From contig NZ_DATGNU010000051.1 of assembly GCF_035306585.1 (NCBI RefSeq), positions 556 to 64,555 on the forward strand: a stretch of 64,000 nt of DNA. The letters are read 5' to 3'. Numbering within the stretch: the first letter of the stretch is position 1; each line of letters starts with the position of its first letter. Source of the DNA: Galbibacter sp. (GTDB taxonomy: Bacteria > Bacteroidota > Bacteroidia > Flavobacteriales > Flavobacteriaceae). The translations under genes and the position numbers were made by a program. The notes beneath the pieces were generated by a model. The model worked only from the letters and a program-made list of their open reading frames with translations. It was not told where the DNA came from and searched no databases. Positions 49,208 to 60,070 of the stretch are shown here, piece by piece.

Positions 49208-51316
49208 ATGCAAAGCTTCAGATCAGAGATCGAGAATCCATTTGTTTCGCAAGAGATCATTGAATTAGACCGTAAGATTCGATTGTTCCGTAATGAGAAA
49301 ATGGATGAAGACAAGTTTAAGAGCTTACGCTTGGCCAGAGGGATCTATGGACAACGTCAGCCTGGGGTGCAAATGGTGAGAATTAAATTGCCCTTTGGAC
49401 GTGTAACAGGGGATCAATTGTTGCGTATATGTGATGTCTCCGATGAGTATTCAAGAGGAAGGTTACACATTACTACACGTCAGGATATTCAGATTCACTA
49501 TGTGAGTTTGGATAGAACTCCTGAGCTGTGGAATGAATTAGACAAAGATGATGTGACCATCCGTGAGGCCTGTGGTAATACCGTAAGAAACATCACAGGG
49601 AGTCCAGAAGCTGGAATAGATCCTGAGGAGCCATTTGATATTACACCTTACGCGCATGCTACCTTTAAGTACTTGCTGCGTAATCCTATGAATCAGGAAA
49701 TGGGAAGAAAGTTTAAAATTTCGTTCTCTTCCTCGGACCGAGATACTGCATTGTCATACATTCACGATGTGGGATTGATTGCGAAAATAAAAGATGGACA
49801 AAAAGGTTTTAAGGTAATCGTTGGTGGGGGGCTTGGATCCCAACCTAGATCAGCGGAGCTTGTACACGACTTTTTGCCAACAGATCAAATTATACCCTTT
49901 ATAGAGGGCGTTATTCGTGTTTTCGATCGTTACGGGGAACGTTCTAAACGAATGAAAGCTCGAATGAAATTTTTAATAAAAGATATTGGACTGGAAGCGT
50001 TTTTAGACTTAGTTGAAAAAGAAAAATTAGCACTAGCGTACCAGTCCTACCCTATTAGCGAAGAAGGTTTTGAATTTGACCGCTCAGTGGTTGATGGCAT
50101 TAAAGTGCCTAAGATTGACATTAAAGATGTCGAAGGTTACCAGCAATGGCTCAAGCACAATGTGTTTGATCAAAAACAAGCTGGCTTACATTCCATAGGT
50201 ATTAAGGTGCGTTTGGGGGATTTCTATACACCTCAAGCAAGAAAACTTGCCAATCTTATTAAAGAATATGCCGCCAATGAGCTTCGATTTACCCTTCGAC
50301 AGGATATTCTTTTACGTCACGTAAAGACTGAACTACTTCCTTTGTTTTACCTGGAGCTTAAAGAACTTGGTTTTACGGAAATAGGCTTTAATGCAACATC
50401 TGACATTACTGCATGTCCAGGTACAGATACATGTAACTTAGGAATTGCAAGTAGTACTGGGATTGCCGATGTTTTAGAAGATGTGATTGATAAAGAATAT
50501 CCTCAATATAAAAACAACCGTGATATTTATATTAAAATTAGCGGATGTATGAATGCCTGTGGACAACACAATATGGCTCACATTGGTTTTCAAGGGATGA
50601 CTATGAGAACCCCTGATAAGCGAGTAGCACCCGCTTTGCAGGTGTTGCTTGGAGGAGGGGCTCTTGGAAATGGAGAAGGAAGATTTGCGGATAAAGTCGT
50701 GAAAATACCTTCCAAGCGAGGTCCACAAGCACTTCGTTTGATTCTTGATGATTACCAGAAAAACAAACAAGAGGGGGAGAACTTTATGAATTATTACGAT
50801 CGTAAAGAACAAACCTATTTTTACGATTACCTAAAACATTTATCGAGCGCGGAAGATCTTACCGCTGAGGATTTTGTGGATTGGGGTAATGTAGAGAAAT
50901 ACGAACAGAAAATCGGAGTAGGAGAATGTGCAGGGGTTGTAATTGACCTGGTAGCAACCCTTCTTCTGGAGAGTGAAGAGAAAACAGATAAAGCACTCGT
51001 CTCATGGGAAGAAGGAAATTGGGCTCATAGTATCTATAACTCCTATTCCTCTATGATCAATACTGCTAAGGCGTTATTGATTAGTGAAAATAAAAAAACC
51101 AACACCCAAGTAGAAATTATAAATCAGTTTGAAGAATTATTTGTCGCAAACGGGAGAATTTCATTAAACACCACAACCTTTCCTGATTACGTTTATCAGA
51201 TTAATAGGAATAAACCCTCTAAGGAATTCGCAAAATTGTATATGGAGGATGCTAAGGCATTCTATGAAAAAGCAAAGGCCTTTAGAACATTAGAATTAGC
51301 AGATGCAGACAAATAA
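49208..51316 (+). CDS. Siroheme nitrite/sulfite reductase with C-terminal HEPN-like domain
   Basis: HITTRQDIQIH, ACGNTVRN, RKFKI, ACPGTDTCNLG and SGCMNACG Fe-S/siroheme ligands; sits in a sulfur amino-acid locus. Confidence 0.92.
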   Translation: MQSFRSEIENPFVSQEIIELDRKIRLFRNEKMDEDKFKSLRLARGIYGQRQPGVQMVRIKLPFGRVTGDQLLRICDVSDEYSRGRLHITTRQDIQIHYVSLDRTPELWNELDKDDVTIREACGNTVRNITGSPEAGIDPEEPFDITPYAHATFKYLLRNPMNQEMGRKFKISFSSSDRDTALSYIHDVGLIAKIKDGQKGFKVIVGGGLGSQPRSAELVHDFLPTDQIIPFIEGVIRVFDRYGERSKRMKARMKFLIKDIGLEAFLDLVEKEKLALAYQSYPISEEGFEFDRSVVDGIKVPKIDIKDVEGYQQWLKHNVFDQKQAGLHSIGIKVRLGDFYTPQARKLANLIKEYAANELRFTLRQDILLRHVKTELLPLFYLELKELGFTEIGFNATSDITACPGTDTCNLGIASSTGIADVLEDVIDKEYPQYKNNRDIYIKISGCMNACGQHNMAHIGFQGMTMRTPDKRVAPALQVLLGGGALGNGEGRFADKVVKIPSKRGPQALRLILDDYQKNKQEGENFMNYYDRKEQTYFYDYLKHLSSAEDLTAEDFVDWGNVEKYEQKIGVGECAGVVIDLVATLLLESEEKTDKALVSWEEGNWAHSIYNSYSSMINTAKALLISENKKTNTQVEIINQFEELFVANGRISLNTTTFPDYVYQINRNKPSKEFAKLYMEDAKAFYEKAKAFRTLELADADK

Positions 51317-52064
51317 CCAACCAAAACTGACCTTAATAGGGGCAGGTCCGGGCGATCCGGATTTGCTTACTGTTAAGGGTATGAAAACTTTACAGACCGC
51401 TGATGTAGTCTTATATGACGCACTGGTGAATCCAAAGCTTTTGGAGTACGCCCCTCAAGCCGAGTGTATCTTTGTTGGTAAACGAAAGGGTTGCTATGCC
51501 TATCAACAGGATCAAATTAATGAGCTTATTGTAAGTCGCGCCAAGTCCCATGGACATGTGGTACGGCTAAAAGGCGGCGATCCATTTGTATTTGGAAGAG
51601 GATCCGAGGAATTAGAATTTGCCTTATCAAAAGGGATAGTTACAGAATTTATTCCTGGTATATCCTCGGCACTAGCCGTACCAGCCTCGCAAAATATTCC
51701 TCTTACCCAAAGAGGAATATCAGAGAGTTTTTGGGTCATCACCGGTACCACCAAAGAGCATAAACTCTCAAAAGATGTGGCTATGGCAGCAAAGTCTAAC
51801 GCCACAGTTATCATACTGATGGGGATGAGCAAATTGGGCGAAATTGTAAGCTTATTTAAAAATCAGCAAAAGGATCAAATGCCTGTGGCGATCATTCAAA
51901 ATGGTACCACGACCTACGAACAAATTGGAATTGGAACAGTAGCGACCATCGAAAACGTGGTAAGCGAAAAAGGCTTGAGTAATCCTGCTATTATTGTGAT
52001 CGGTGAGGTGGTAAGAGAGCGAGAAATATTATTGAAAGTAAAACAAAAGGTTGAGGCGGTTTAA
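51303..52064 (+). CDS. cobA: Uroporphyrinogen-III C-methyltransferase
   Basis: IGAGPGDPDLLT, VLYDALV, VRLKGGDPFVFGRG, PGISS. Confidence 0.95.
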   Translation: MQTNNQPKLTLIGAGPGDPDLLTVKGMKTLQTADVVLYDALVNPKLLEYAPQAECIFVGKRKGCYAYQQDQINELIVSRAKSHGHVVRLKGGDPFVFGRGSEELEFALSKGIVTEFIPGISSALAVPASQNIPLTQRGISESFWVITGTTKEHKLSKDVAMAAKSNATVIILMGMSKLGEIVSLFKNQQKDQMPVAIIQNGTTTYEQIGIGTVATIENVVSEKGLSNPAIIVIGEVVREREILLKVKQKVEAV

Positions 52065-52082
52065 CAGACCGGTGAAGTAGAA

Positions 52083-52670
52083 ATGGAGGAGCGCAACGAA
52101 TTATATCCGGTATTTTTAAAGGTACACAACTTGGAAACCCTGATAGTAGGGGGTGGAAAAGTTGCATTGGAAAAGCTAGGCTTCCTCTTGAAATCCAGTC
52201 CAAATGCCAAGGTGCGTCTTGTAGCTCCTTCATTTGACACTCAGGTCATCGAGATGGCATCGCAGAAGAATTTGAAATTAATACACGATACCTACCACTC
52301 AAAGTATCTCAGCGGAGCGCATATTGTTATTGCCACCACGGATGATCCAGAGGTCAACATACAGATTTATAAAGATTGTAGAGAAAAAAATATTTTGATC
52401 AATGTTGCAGATAATCCGCCTTATTGTGATTTTTATATGGGCGGGATTGTGACCAAAGGAAATGTGAAAATCGGAATTTCTACTAACGGAAAATCACCGA
52501 CAACCGCAAAAAGACTTCGACAATTCTTCGAAGAGGTTATCCCAGATAATATCGATGAATTAGTCAAGAATTTAAATAGCTATAGAAAAACCATCAAAGG
52601 AGATTTTGGGGAAAAAGTTGAGAAACTAAATGAGTTTACCAAAAGTTTAGTTTCTAAATCAGAAAAGTGA
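52083..52670 (+). CDS. Precorrin-2 dehydrogenase / sirohydrochlorin ferrochelatase (CysG-B/SirC-like)
   Basis: YPVFL, LIVGGGKVALEK, NVADNPPYCDFY, ISTNGKSP. Confidence 0.9.
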   Translation: MEERNELYPVFLKVHNLETLIVGGGKVALEKLGFLLKSSPNAKVRLVAPSFDTQVIEMASQKNLKLIHDTYHSKYLSGAHIVIATTDDPEVNIQIYKDCREKNILINVADNPPYCDFYMGGIVTKGNVKIGISTNGKSPTTAKRLRQFFEEVIPDNIDELVKNLNSYRKTIKGDFGEKVEKLNEFTKSLVSKSEK

Positions 52671-52720
52671 AAAAGAAAAAACAATGTTAGGCTTAGAAAA
52701 GCACTAAAACACACCTGGTT

Positions 52721-53776
52721 ATGATTAAAACAGACATATTAATTATCGGAGCTGGACCTACGGGACTCTTTACGGTCTTTGAGGCAGGATTGTTGAAGCT
52801 CAAGTGTCATTTAATTGATGCTCTACCACAACCTGGGGGACAGTGTTCGGAGATTTATCCTAAAAAACCCATTTACGATATTCCAGCATATCCAGAGATT
52901 CTCGCTGGAGATTTGGTGAAGAATTTGCTGGAGCAGATTCAGTCATTTAATGCGGGTTATACCCTGGGTGAGCGCGCAGAGACCTTGGATAAATTGGAAG
53001 ATGGGACTTTTATTGTGACCACCAATAAAGGGACCAAGCACCATGCTCCCGTAGTGGTGATCGCTGGTGGCCTAGGAAGTTTTGAACCTAGAAAACCACA
53101 ACTGGGAAACATCGACAAATTTGAAGACAAAGGGATTTCTTATATGATAAAAGATCCGCAGGTATTCAGAGATAAAAAAGTACTCATCGCTGGAGGGGGA
53201 GATTCTGCCTTAGATTGGTCTATATTTTTGGCGGATGTGGCCTCAGAGGTTTATCTAGTACACCGCAGAAATGAATTTAGAGGTGCCCTGGATTCTGTAG
53301 AAAAAGTAGCAGAACTATCTAAGAAAGGGAAGATCGAACTCATTACCGAAGCGGAGGTGACCCAATTACACGGTGATCAGCACTTAGAAGCCCTGACTGT
53401 AAAACATCTTAAAAATGGGGAGTCTTATATTGAGGTGGATCATTTTATTCCGCTCTTTGGATTATCGCCAAAGCTTGGGCCATTAGGCGATTGGGGCTTG
53501 GAGATTGAAAAAAATGCCATTAAGGTTGATAATTCCTATGATTATCAAACCAATATACCAGGGGTGTATGCTATTGGAGATGTGAACACCTACCCTGGAA
53601 AATTAAAATTAATTCTCTCTGGATTTCATGAGGCTGCAGTGATGTGTCAGAGTGCTTATCAGCGAATTTTCCCTGATAAGAAATACATCATGAAATACAC
53701 CACTGTAGGTGGGGTAGAAGGGTTTGATGGAACCAAAAAAGAAGCCAAAAAGGAAGTGGTTAAAAGTATCGTTTAA
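52721..53776 (+). CDS. Ferredoxin-NADP reductase (TrxR-type)
   Basis: IIGAGPTGLF, GGQCSEIYPKKPIYDIP, GGGDSALDW, HRR..FR, YPGKLKLILSGFHEAA; no CxxC. Confidence 0.88.
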   Translation: MIKTDILIIGAGPTGLFTVFEAGLLKLKCHLIDALPQPGGQCSEIYPKKPIYDIPAYPEILAGDLVKNLLEQIQSFNAGYTLGERAETLDKLEDGTFIVTTNKGTKHHAPVVVIAGGLGSFEPRKPQLGNIDKFEDKGISYMIKDPQVFRDKKVLIAGGGDSALDWSIFLADVASEVYLVHRRNEFRGALDSVEKVAELSKKGKIELITEAEVTQLHGDQHLEALTVKHLKNGESYIEVDHFIPLFGLSPKLGPLGDWGLEIEKNAIKVDNSYDYQTNIPGVYAIGDVNTYPGKLKLILSGFHEAAVMCQSAYQRIFPDKKYIMKYTTVGGVEGFDGTKKEAKKEVVKSIV

Positions 53777-53800
53777 CCCACCCGATATAGTAATAAATTC

Positions 53801-53839
53801 ATAGGGTATATTAAGGTTGTTTTACTTAATATACCCTAT
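53801..53839 (+). terminator. Long hairpin closing the sulfite reductase operon
   Basis: ATAGGGTATATTAAG-N9-CTTAATATACCCTAT, 15-bp perfect inverted repeat. Confidence 0.65.
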
Positions 53840-53946
53840 AAGTTTTATAGTGGTTAAAGCGCAGTGGTTTTAAATCAGGCTCAGCTTGTTTACCACTAAA
53901 ATCTACGTTATATTTGCAGCTTATAAGTTCCTTAATTGTACTGTGT

Positions 53947-54059
53947 GTTATCAAGAAAGGTGAAGGGATAGACCCGTAGAAGCCTTAGCAACCCTTTTAT
54001 TTTCGATGGAAAATTAGAGAAGGTGCTACGTTCTACCACATGTATAGTGGAAAGATAAC
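53947..54059 (+). promoter_or_regulatory. SAM-I riboswitch upstream of metH
   Basis: P1 GTTATC/GATAAC, AAGAAAGGTGAAGGGATAGACCC, GCAACC, AAGGTGCTA; followed by a T-rich tract. Confidence 0.93.
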
Positions 54060-54171
54060 TAAAAGACTTTTCTTTTTTTTCTTGATACTTACCGCATAAT
54101 ACACACGACCTTTTTTAAATAAAAATAAAAGGGACACGTAAATATATCGAATAATTATTAACAGAAATGAT

Positions 54172-55185
54172 ATGAAAAAGGATATTGAAAAGGCGTTAGA
54201 AAAACGAATCTTGGTATTAGATGGCGCAATGGGAACCATGCTGCAGCGTTACAAATTTACCGAGGAAGATTTTCGTGGCGAGCGATTTAAAACCTTTGAA
54301 TATCCACTTCAAGGAAATAACGACCTTCTATCGATTACCCAACCCCAGGCTATTGCTGAGATACACGCCAAGTATTTTGAGGCGGGTGCTGATATTGTTG
54401 AAACCAACACCTTCTCTAGTACTCGTATTGGAATGGCCGATTACCACATGGAGGATTTGGTGTATGAACTGAATTTCGAATCTGCAAAAATTGCAAGAAA
54501 GGTAGCAGATGAGTTCACTGCAAAGCAGCCGGACAAACCTCGTTTTGTCGCTGGTGCAATGGGTCCTACGAATCGTACGGCAAGTATGTCACCTGATGTC
54601 AATGATCCAGGCTTTCGAGCAATATCCTTTGATGAACTGCGCTTGGCTTATACCGAGCAAATCGAAGGCTTGATTGATGGAGGAGTAGATCTGTTACTAG
54701 TTGAAACCATCTTTGACACCCTAAATGCCAAGGCAGCATTGTTTGCCATAGAAGAGGTTAAAGACGCTCGCGGTATAGACGTCCCTATTATGGTTAGTGG
54801 AACAATTACCGATGCCTCTGGGAGAACACTTTCAGGTCAGACAGCGGAAGCTTTTTTAATTAGCATTTCCCATATACCCTTACTGAGTGTAGGGTTTAAT
54901 TGTGCTCTTGGAGCAGATCAATTACTTCCTTATGTTAAGCGATTATCCGATCAATCACCATTTTATATCTCAGCTTATCCGAATGCTGGGCTACCGAATC
55001 ACTTTGGGGAGTACGACCAAACTGCAGAAGAAATGCAAAGCTTGGTTCGAAAATACCTCGAAGAGCGCGTGGTAAATATTATAGGTGGTTGTTGTGGAAC
55101 GACCCCAGAACATATTGGCTTAATTGCTGAATTCGCTGCGGAGTTCAGCCCTAGAAAGCTACCCAATACAAGTCTGGCGAATTAA
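54172..55185 (+). CDS. metH: Methionine synthase, homocysteine-binding module (split MetH, N-part)
   Basis: LDGAMGTM, ETNTF, GFNCALG, PNAGLP, IGGCCGTTPEHI. Confidence 0.93.
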   Translation: MKKDIEKALEKRILVLDGAMGTMLQRYKFTEEDFRGERFKTFEYPLQGNNDLLSITQPQAIAEIHAKYFEAGADIVETNTFSSTRIGMADYHMEDLVYELNFESAKIARKVADEFTAKQPDKPRFVAGAMGPTNRTASMSPDVNDPGFRAISFDELRLAYTEQIEGLIDGGVDLLLVETIFDTLNAKAALFAIEEVKDARGIDVPIMVSGTITDASGRTLSGQTAEAFLISISHIPLLSVGFNCALGADQLLPYVKRLSDQSPFYISAYPNAGLPNHFGEYDQTAEEMQSLVRKYLEERVVNIIGGCCGTTPEHIGLIAEFAAEFSPRKLPNTSLAN

Positions 55186-55227
55186 AAAGTTATCCCCTAG
55201 CATTATTGATCTTTGAAGTAGAAAAAA

Positions 55228-57930
55228 ATGATTGACCAACAAAATATAGAAGAGCGAAGTAAACGATTGCCTTTGGCATTATCTGGATTAGAGCCATTAA
55301 TTATTGATGAAAATACAAATTTTGTAAATGTTGGAGAGCGAACCAATGTAACAGGATCTCGAAAATTTCTTCGTCTGATTAAGGAAGAGAATTACGACCA
55401 GGCTTTGGAAGTTGCCAGGGCACAAGTAGAAGGAGGCGCCCAAATTATCGATGTCAACATGGATGAAGGGATGCTTGATGGCAAGTACGCCATGGTGAAA
55501 TTTTTAAATTTAATTGCCGCGGAGCCTGATATTGCAAGAGTTCCTATAATGATTGATAGCTCCAAATGGGAGATTATTGAGGCGGGATTAAAGGTTGTTC
55601 AGGGTAAAGGAATTGTAAATTCAATAAGTTTAAAAGAAGGAGAGGCTGAATTTATACATCATGCCCAACTCATTAAACGCTACGGGGCAGCAGTCATCGT
55701 GATGGCATTTGATGAGGAAGGACAGGCTGATAATTATCAACGAAGAATCGATATATGTAAACGCTCCTATGACATCCTTGTAAATAAGGTAGGATTCCCG
55801 CCACAAGATATTATATTTGACCCTAATATTTTTCCAGTGGGGACAGGTATGGAGGAACACCGTCAAAATGCGGTTGATTTTTTCCGTGCTACAAAATGGA
55901 TAAGGGAGCACTTACCTCATGCACAAATCAGTGGAGGTGTTAGTAATGTCTCCTTCTCCTTCCGTGGGAACAACACGGTACGTGAGGCAATGAACGCTGC
56001 GTTTTTATACCATGGAATTAAAAATGGTATGACCATGGGTATTGTCAATCCAGAAATGCTGGAGGTGTATGATCAAATTGATAAAGAGCTTTTAGAGTAT
56101 ATTGAGGATGTGCTTTTAGATCGCCGGGACGATGCAACCGAACGCCTATTGGATTATGCCGAGACTGTCCAAGGAAATACCAAAGGGAGCGAGAAACAAC
56201 AACTCCAGTGGAGAAGTGGTAGTCTTCAAGATCGAATCACTCACGCACTGGTTAAAGGAATCCTAGAATTCATTGAGGAAGATGTAGAGGAAGCCCGTCA
56301 ATTAGCAGACAAGCCTATTGAAGTTATTGAGGTCAATCTGATGAAGGGAATGAATGTGGTAGGTGATTTATTCGGTAGTGGAAAGATGTTTTTACCCCAG
56401 GTGGTGAAATCGGCTCGAGTGATGAAAAAGGCTGTTGCTTATTTACTTCCTTTTATCGAGGCTACCAAGGAGGAAAACTCCAGTTCTGCAGGTAGAATTG
56501 TCATGGCTACCGTAAAGGGAGATGTACACGATATTGGTAAAAACATTGTAGGAGTAGTATTGGCATGTAATAATTTTGAGATCATAGACCTTGGTGTGAT
56601 GGTTCCGCCCGAGAAAATTATTCAAACTGCGTTAGATGAAAAAGCGGATCTAATAGGACTGAGTGGATTAATTACTCCTTCTTTGGATGAGATGGTATAC
56701 CTGGCCAAGGAATTAGAAAAACTCAATCTAAGCATCCCCGTGATGATCGGTGGTGCAACTACCTCTAGAGCGCATACAGCCGTGAAGATTGCTCCAGTGT
56801 ACTCCAAGACAGTTGTCCATGTGAGTGATGCTTCAAGATCTGTAAGTGTGGCTAGTAATCTATTAAATCCAAAGATAAATCAGCAGTATAAAGCTGACTT
56901 AAAAGAGGAATATGACACAGTAAGAGCAGGGTTTTTGAAACGAACTCGTATAAAGAATTATTTAACCCTCGAGCAGGCCAGAGCAAATAAGATGCAACTT
57001 GATTGGCAGGCGTATGCTGTACCTAAACCCAATTTTATTGGGGTGAAAGAAATTCAACTCGATTTAAAAGAATTATTGCCTTATATTGATTGGACGCCAT
57101 TTTTTAGATCCTGGGAGCTACACGGGAAATACCCTAAGATCCTAACGGATGAACTCGTGGGTGAGGCGGCTACAAAACTCTTTGATGAAGCAACTCAAAT
57201 GCTCAATCAGCTCATTGAAGAGAAATGGCTTACCGCCAAGGGGGTATTAGGGATTTTCCCTGCAAATCAGGTCAATGACGATGATATTCAAATTTATTCA
57301 GAGAATGGAGAGGAGCTTGAAAAATTCTTGACCCTGCGTCAACAATCACAAAAAACAAAAGGGGCACCAAATATTGCACTCGCCGATTTTATTGCTCCTA
57401 AAGAAAGTGGACGACAGGATTATATGGGCGCTTTTTGCGTTTCTACTGGATTTGGTGTAGATGAGATCGCTGATAAATTTGTCAAAAATTTAGATGACTA
57501 TAATTCCATTATGATCAAAGCCTTAGCGGATCGATTAGCCGAAGCTTTTGCGGAATATCTCCACAAAAAAGTGCGTACTGAGATATGGGGCTACGATCAA
57601 GGCGAACAACTCACCAATGAAGAATTGATTAAAGAATCTTATAAAGGAATTCGACCTGCACCAGGGTATCCAGCATGTCCAGATCACCTTGAGAAACGAA
57701 CCATTTGGAGTTTGTTAAAGGTCCAAGAGCGAATAGGAGTAAAACTCACCGATAGCTTGGCCATGTGGCCAGCATCTTCTGTATCTGGATATTATTTTGC
57801 TCATCCTAAAAGCCGATATTTTGGTTTGGGTAAAATAAAAGAGGATCAAGTGGCTGATTATGCAAAACGTAGAGGAATCCCTACGGAGGAGGCTGCCAAA
57901 TGGTTGAGTCCAAATATCGCGGATTCTTAA
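55228..57930 (+). CDS. metH: B12-dependent methionine synthase (pterin, cobalamin and activation modules)
   Basis: [52 protein letters not shown]. Confidence 0.96.
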   Translation: MIDQQNIEERSKRLPLALSGLEPLIIDENTNFVNVGERTNVTGSRKFLRLIKEENYDQALEVARAQVEGGAQIIDVNMDEGMLDGKYAMVKFLNLIAAEPDIARVPIMIDSSKWEIIEAGLKVVQGKGIVNSISLKEGEAEFIHHAQLIKRYGAAVIVMAFDEEGQADNYQRRIDICKRSYDILVNKVGFPPQDIIFDPNIFPVGTGMEEHRQNAVDFFRATKWIREHLPHAQISGGVSNVSFSFRGNNTVREAMNAAFLYHGIKNGMTMGIVNPEMLEVYDQIDKELLEYIEDVLLDRRDDATERLLDYAETVQGNTKGSEKQQLQWRSGSLQDRITHALVKGILEFIEEDVEEARQLADKPIEVIEVNLMKGMNVVGDLFGSGKMFLPQVVKSARVMKKAVAYLLPFIEATKEENSSSAGRIVMATVKGDVHDIGKNIVGVVLACNNFEIIDLGVMVPPEKIIQTALDEKADLIGLSGLITPSLDEMVYLAKELEKLNLSIPVMIGGATTSRAHTAVKIAPVYSKTVVHVSDASRSVSVASNLLNPKINQQYKADLKEEYDTVRAGFLKRTRIKNYLTLEQARANKMQLDWQAYAVPKPNFIGVKEIQLDLKELLPYIDWTPFFRSWELHGKYPKILTDELVGEAATKLFDEATQMLNQLIEEKWLTAKGVLGIFPANQVNDDDIQIYSENGEELEKFLTLRQQSQKTKGAPNIALADFIAPKESGRQDYMGAFCVSTGFGVDEIADKFVKNLDDYNSIMIKALADRLAEAFAEYLHKKVRTEIWGYDQGEQLTNEELIKESYKGIRPAPGYPACPDHLEKRTIWSLLKVQERIGVKLTDSLAMWPASSVSGYYFAHPKSRYFGLGKIKEDQVADYAKRRGIPTEEAAKWLSPNIADS

Positions 57931-57973
57931 AATTCCTTTTCTTGTCCAATTAGCAAAATCAACAAAAAGTCGC

Positions 57974-58927
57974 ATGAAAATAACAGAACATATTGAAGCT
58001 GCTCAAAATAAAACCTTATTCTCATTTGAAATTGTTCCACCACAAAAGGGTAAGAATATTCAAGAACTCTACGATAACATAGATCCATTGATGGAGTTTA
58101 ATCCACCATTTATTGATGTTACTACCTCACGGGAGGAATTTGTTTATCTTGAAAAGGATGGATTATTTGATCGTAAGATAACCAGAAGTAGACCTGGAAC
58201 TGTTGGTATCTGTGCGGCAATTAAGCACAAATACAAAGTAGATACTGTTCCACATGTCTTATGTGGAGGATTTACAAAGGAAGAAACGGAGTATATGCTG
58301 GTGGATTGTCAATATCTTGGTATCCAAAACGTGATGGCTCTTCGTGGTGATGCCATGAAGCACCAACGGTATTTTGAAGCTACCCCGGGCGGTCACAGCT
58401 ATGCTTATGAATTGGTGGAGCAAATTAGAAATATGTGTCAAGGGAAATACCTGCATGAAACCCTAGAGAACTACAATAATAATGAATTTTGCATTGGCGT
58501 TGCTGGTTATCCTGAAAAGCATCTGGAGGCACCTTCTTTAGAGTTTGATCTTAAAAAACTTAAACAAAAAATTGACGCGGGAGCCGATTATATTGTTACT
58601 CAGATGTTTTTCGACAACAGCAAGTATTTTGAATTTGTTGAAAAAGCACGTGAGGCAGGTATCACCGTTCCAATAATTCCAGGGATTAAGCCAATAGCTG
58701 TTAAAAAGCACCTACAATTACTGCCGCAAGTATTTAAAATTGATCTGCCAGAAGACCTAATTTCGGCGGTGGATAAGTGTAAAAACAATAAAGAAGTACG
58801 GCAAGTGGGAGTAGAATGGTGTATCGCTCAGTCCAAAGAACTAAAAGATGCCGGTGTGCCCGTATTGCATTATTATTCGATGGGTAAATCCGATAACATT
58901 AAAAGTATTGCGCAAGCCCTATTTTAA
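57974..58927 (+). CDS. metF: 5,10-methylenetetrahydrofolate reductase
   Basis: FSFEIVPP, ALRGD, VAGYPEKH, K.K..AGADYIVTQMFF, PIIPGIKP, HYYSM. Confidence 0.95.
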   Translation: MKITEHIEAAQNKTLFSFEIVPPQKGKNIQELYDNIDPLMEFNPPFIDVTTSREEFVYLEKDGLFDRKITRSRPGTVGICAAIKHKYKVDTVPHVLCGGFTKEETEYMLVDCQYLGIQNVMALRGDAMKHQRYFEATPGGHSYAYELVEQIRNMCQGKYLHETLENYNNNEFCIGVAGYPEKHLEAPSLEFDLKKLKQKIDAGADYIVTQMFFDNSKYFEFVEKAREAGITVPIIPGIKPIAVKKHLQLLPQVFKIDLPEDLISAVDKCKNNKEVRQVGVEWCIAQSKELKDAGVPVLHYYSMGKSDNIKSIAQALF

Positions 58928-58962
58928 TTAATAAGGTTATTTTAGCATTTGAAAATTAAACG

Positions 58963-60069
58963 ATGCGAAACCTAATTATAGTATTGATGTCGATCTATTG
59001 TATCGGGTTAAGAGCTCAACAAAAGGACAAAGTGCATACTTCTTACATTGACCTGAGCTACTTTTACGGAAATATAAGTAAGCACAACGATGACATTCTG
59101 CACTTGGTTACGGATCATCCAGAGGGTTATATACTTAGCTGGAGTAGAAAAACCTATGGGCATAAAGAGTGGGAGCAACGCTACAATTATCCTGATTACG
59201 GTGCCTCTCTGATTTATCATAATTTCAAGAATCCCTATATGGGAAGTAATACGGCTCTTTATGGGCATTATAACTTTTATTTCTTCAATAGAAGCCTCAT
59301 GTTCCGAGTGGGGCAAGGGGTTGCCTTTGCAGAAAAGCCGTATGACAAAGAGGATAATTATCGCAATGTTGCCTTTGGATCAACTGTTCTAAGCAGTACT
59401 TACCTGATGTTAAACTATAAAAAGGAGCGCATATTCGATAGATTTGGATTCCAGGCAGGAGTAACACTCATTCATTATTCCAACGGAAATACCAAAGCTC
59501 CAAATACGAGTATAAATACGGTTAACTTTAATATCGGCCTTAATTATAACCTGGAGCAAGCCCAGCCAGAGTACATCGAAACTGCAGGGATTAACAGTGC
59601 TTATACGGAGCCTGTACGTTTTAATTTTGTCTTTAGAACAGGAGTCAACGAAAGTGATGTGATCGATAGCGGGCAGTTTCCCTTTTACGTCTTTTCGGCA
59701 TATGCCGATAAAAGACTCTCTAAAAAGAGTGCTATTCAGCTAGGAACGGATGTTTTCTATTCTAATTTTTTAAAGGAATACATACGCTATAGTAGCATCG
59801 CCTATCCCGAGCGGGGAATTGACGGTACGGAAGATTTTAAAAGAGCAGGTGTGTTTATAGGACATGAACTTTTTGTGAACAGACTCTCTGTGGTTGCTCA
59901 AGCTGGTTATTATATTTATTATCCAGTAGATTATGAAGGAGAAGTGTATTTAAGAGGAGGGCTAAAAGCGTATCTTACTAAAGATAAAAAGTTCTTCGCC
60001 GCAATTACGGTAAAGGCGCATGCCGCACAAGCAGAAGGGGTTGAAATAGGAATTGGTTACAGACTTTAA
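58963..60069 (+). CDS. Outer-membrane beta-barrel, acyloxyacyl hydrolase / PagL-like
   Basis: Signal peptide, HYSNG...PN.S.N PagL-like motif, C-terminal beta strand GIGYRL. Confidence 0.75.
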   Translation: MRNLIIVLMSIYCIGLRAQQKDKVHTSYIDLSYFYGNISKHNDDILHLVTDHPEGYILSWSRKTYGHKEWEQRYNYPDYGASLIYHNFKNPYMGSNTALYGHYNFYFFNRSLMFRVGQGVAFAEKPYDKEDNYRNVAFGSTVLSSTYLMLNYKKERIFDRFGFQAGVTLIHYSNGNTKAPNTSINTVNFNIGLNYNLEQAQPEYIETAGINSAYTEPVRFNFVFRTGVNESDVIDSGQFPFYVFSAYADKRLSKKSAIQLGTDVFYSNFLKEYIRYSSIAYPERGIDGTEDFKRAGVFIGHELFVNRLSVVAQAGYYIYYPVDYEGEVYLRGGLKAYLTKDKKFFAAITVKAHAAQAEGVEIGIGYRL

Positions 60070-60070
60070 A

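Noticed and set aside
50960-51316. HEPN-like tail of the sulfite reductase as a toxin or defence nuclease
   Set aside because: No Rx4-6H catalytic motif visible and the context is purely metabolic
54172-57930. Split metH as a pseudogene or novelty
   Set aside because: Both parts are intact, break at a domain boundary and have their own starts; split MetH is common in Bacteroidota
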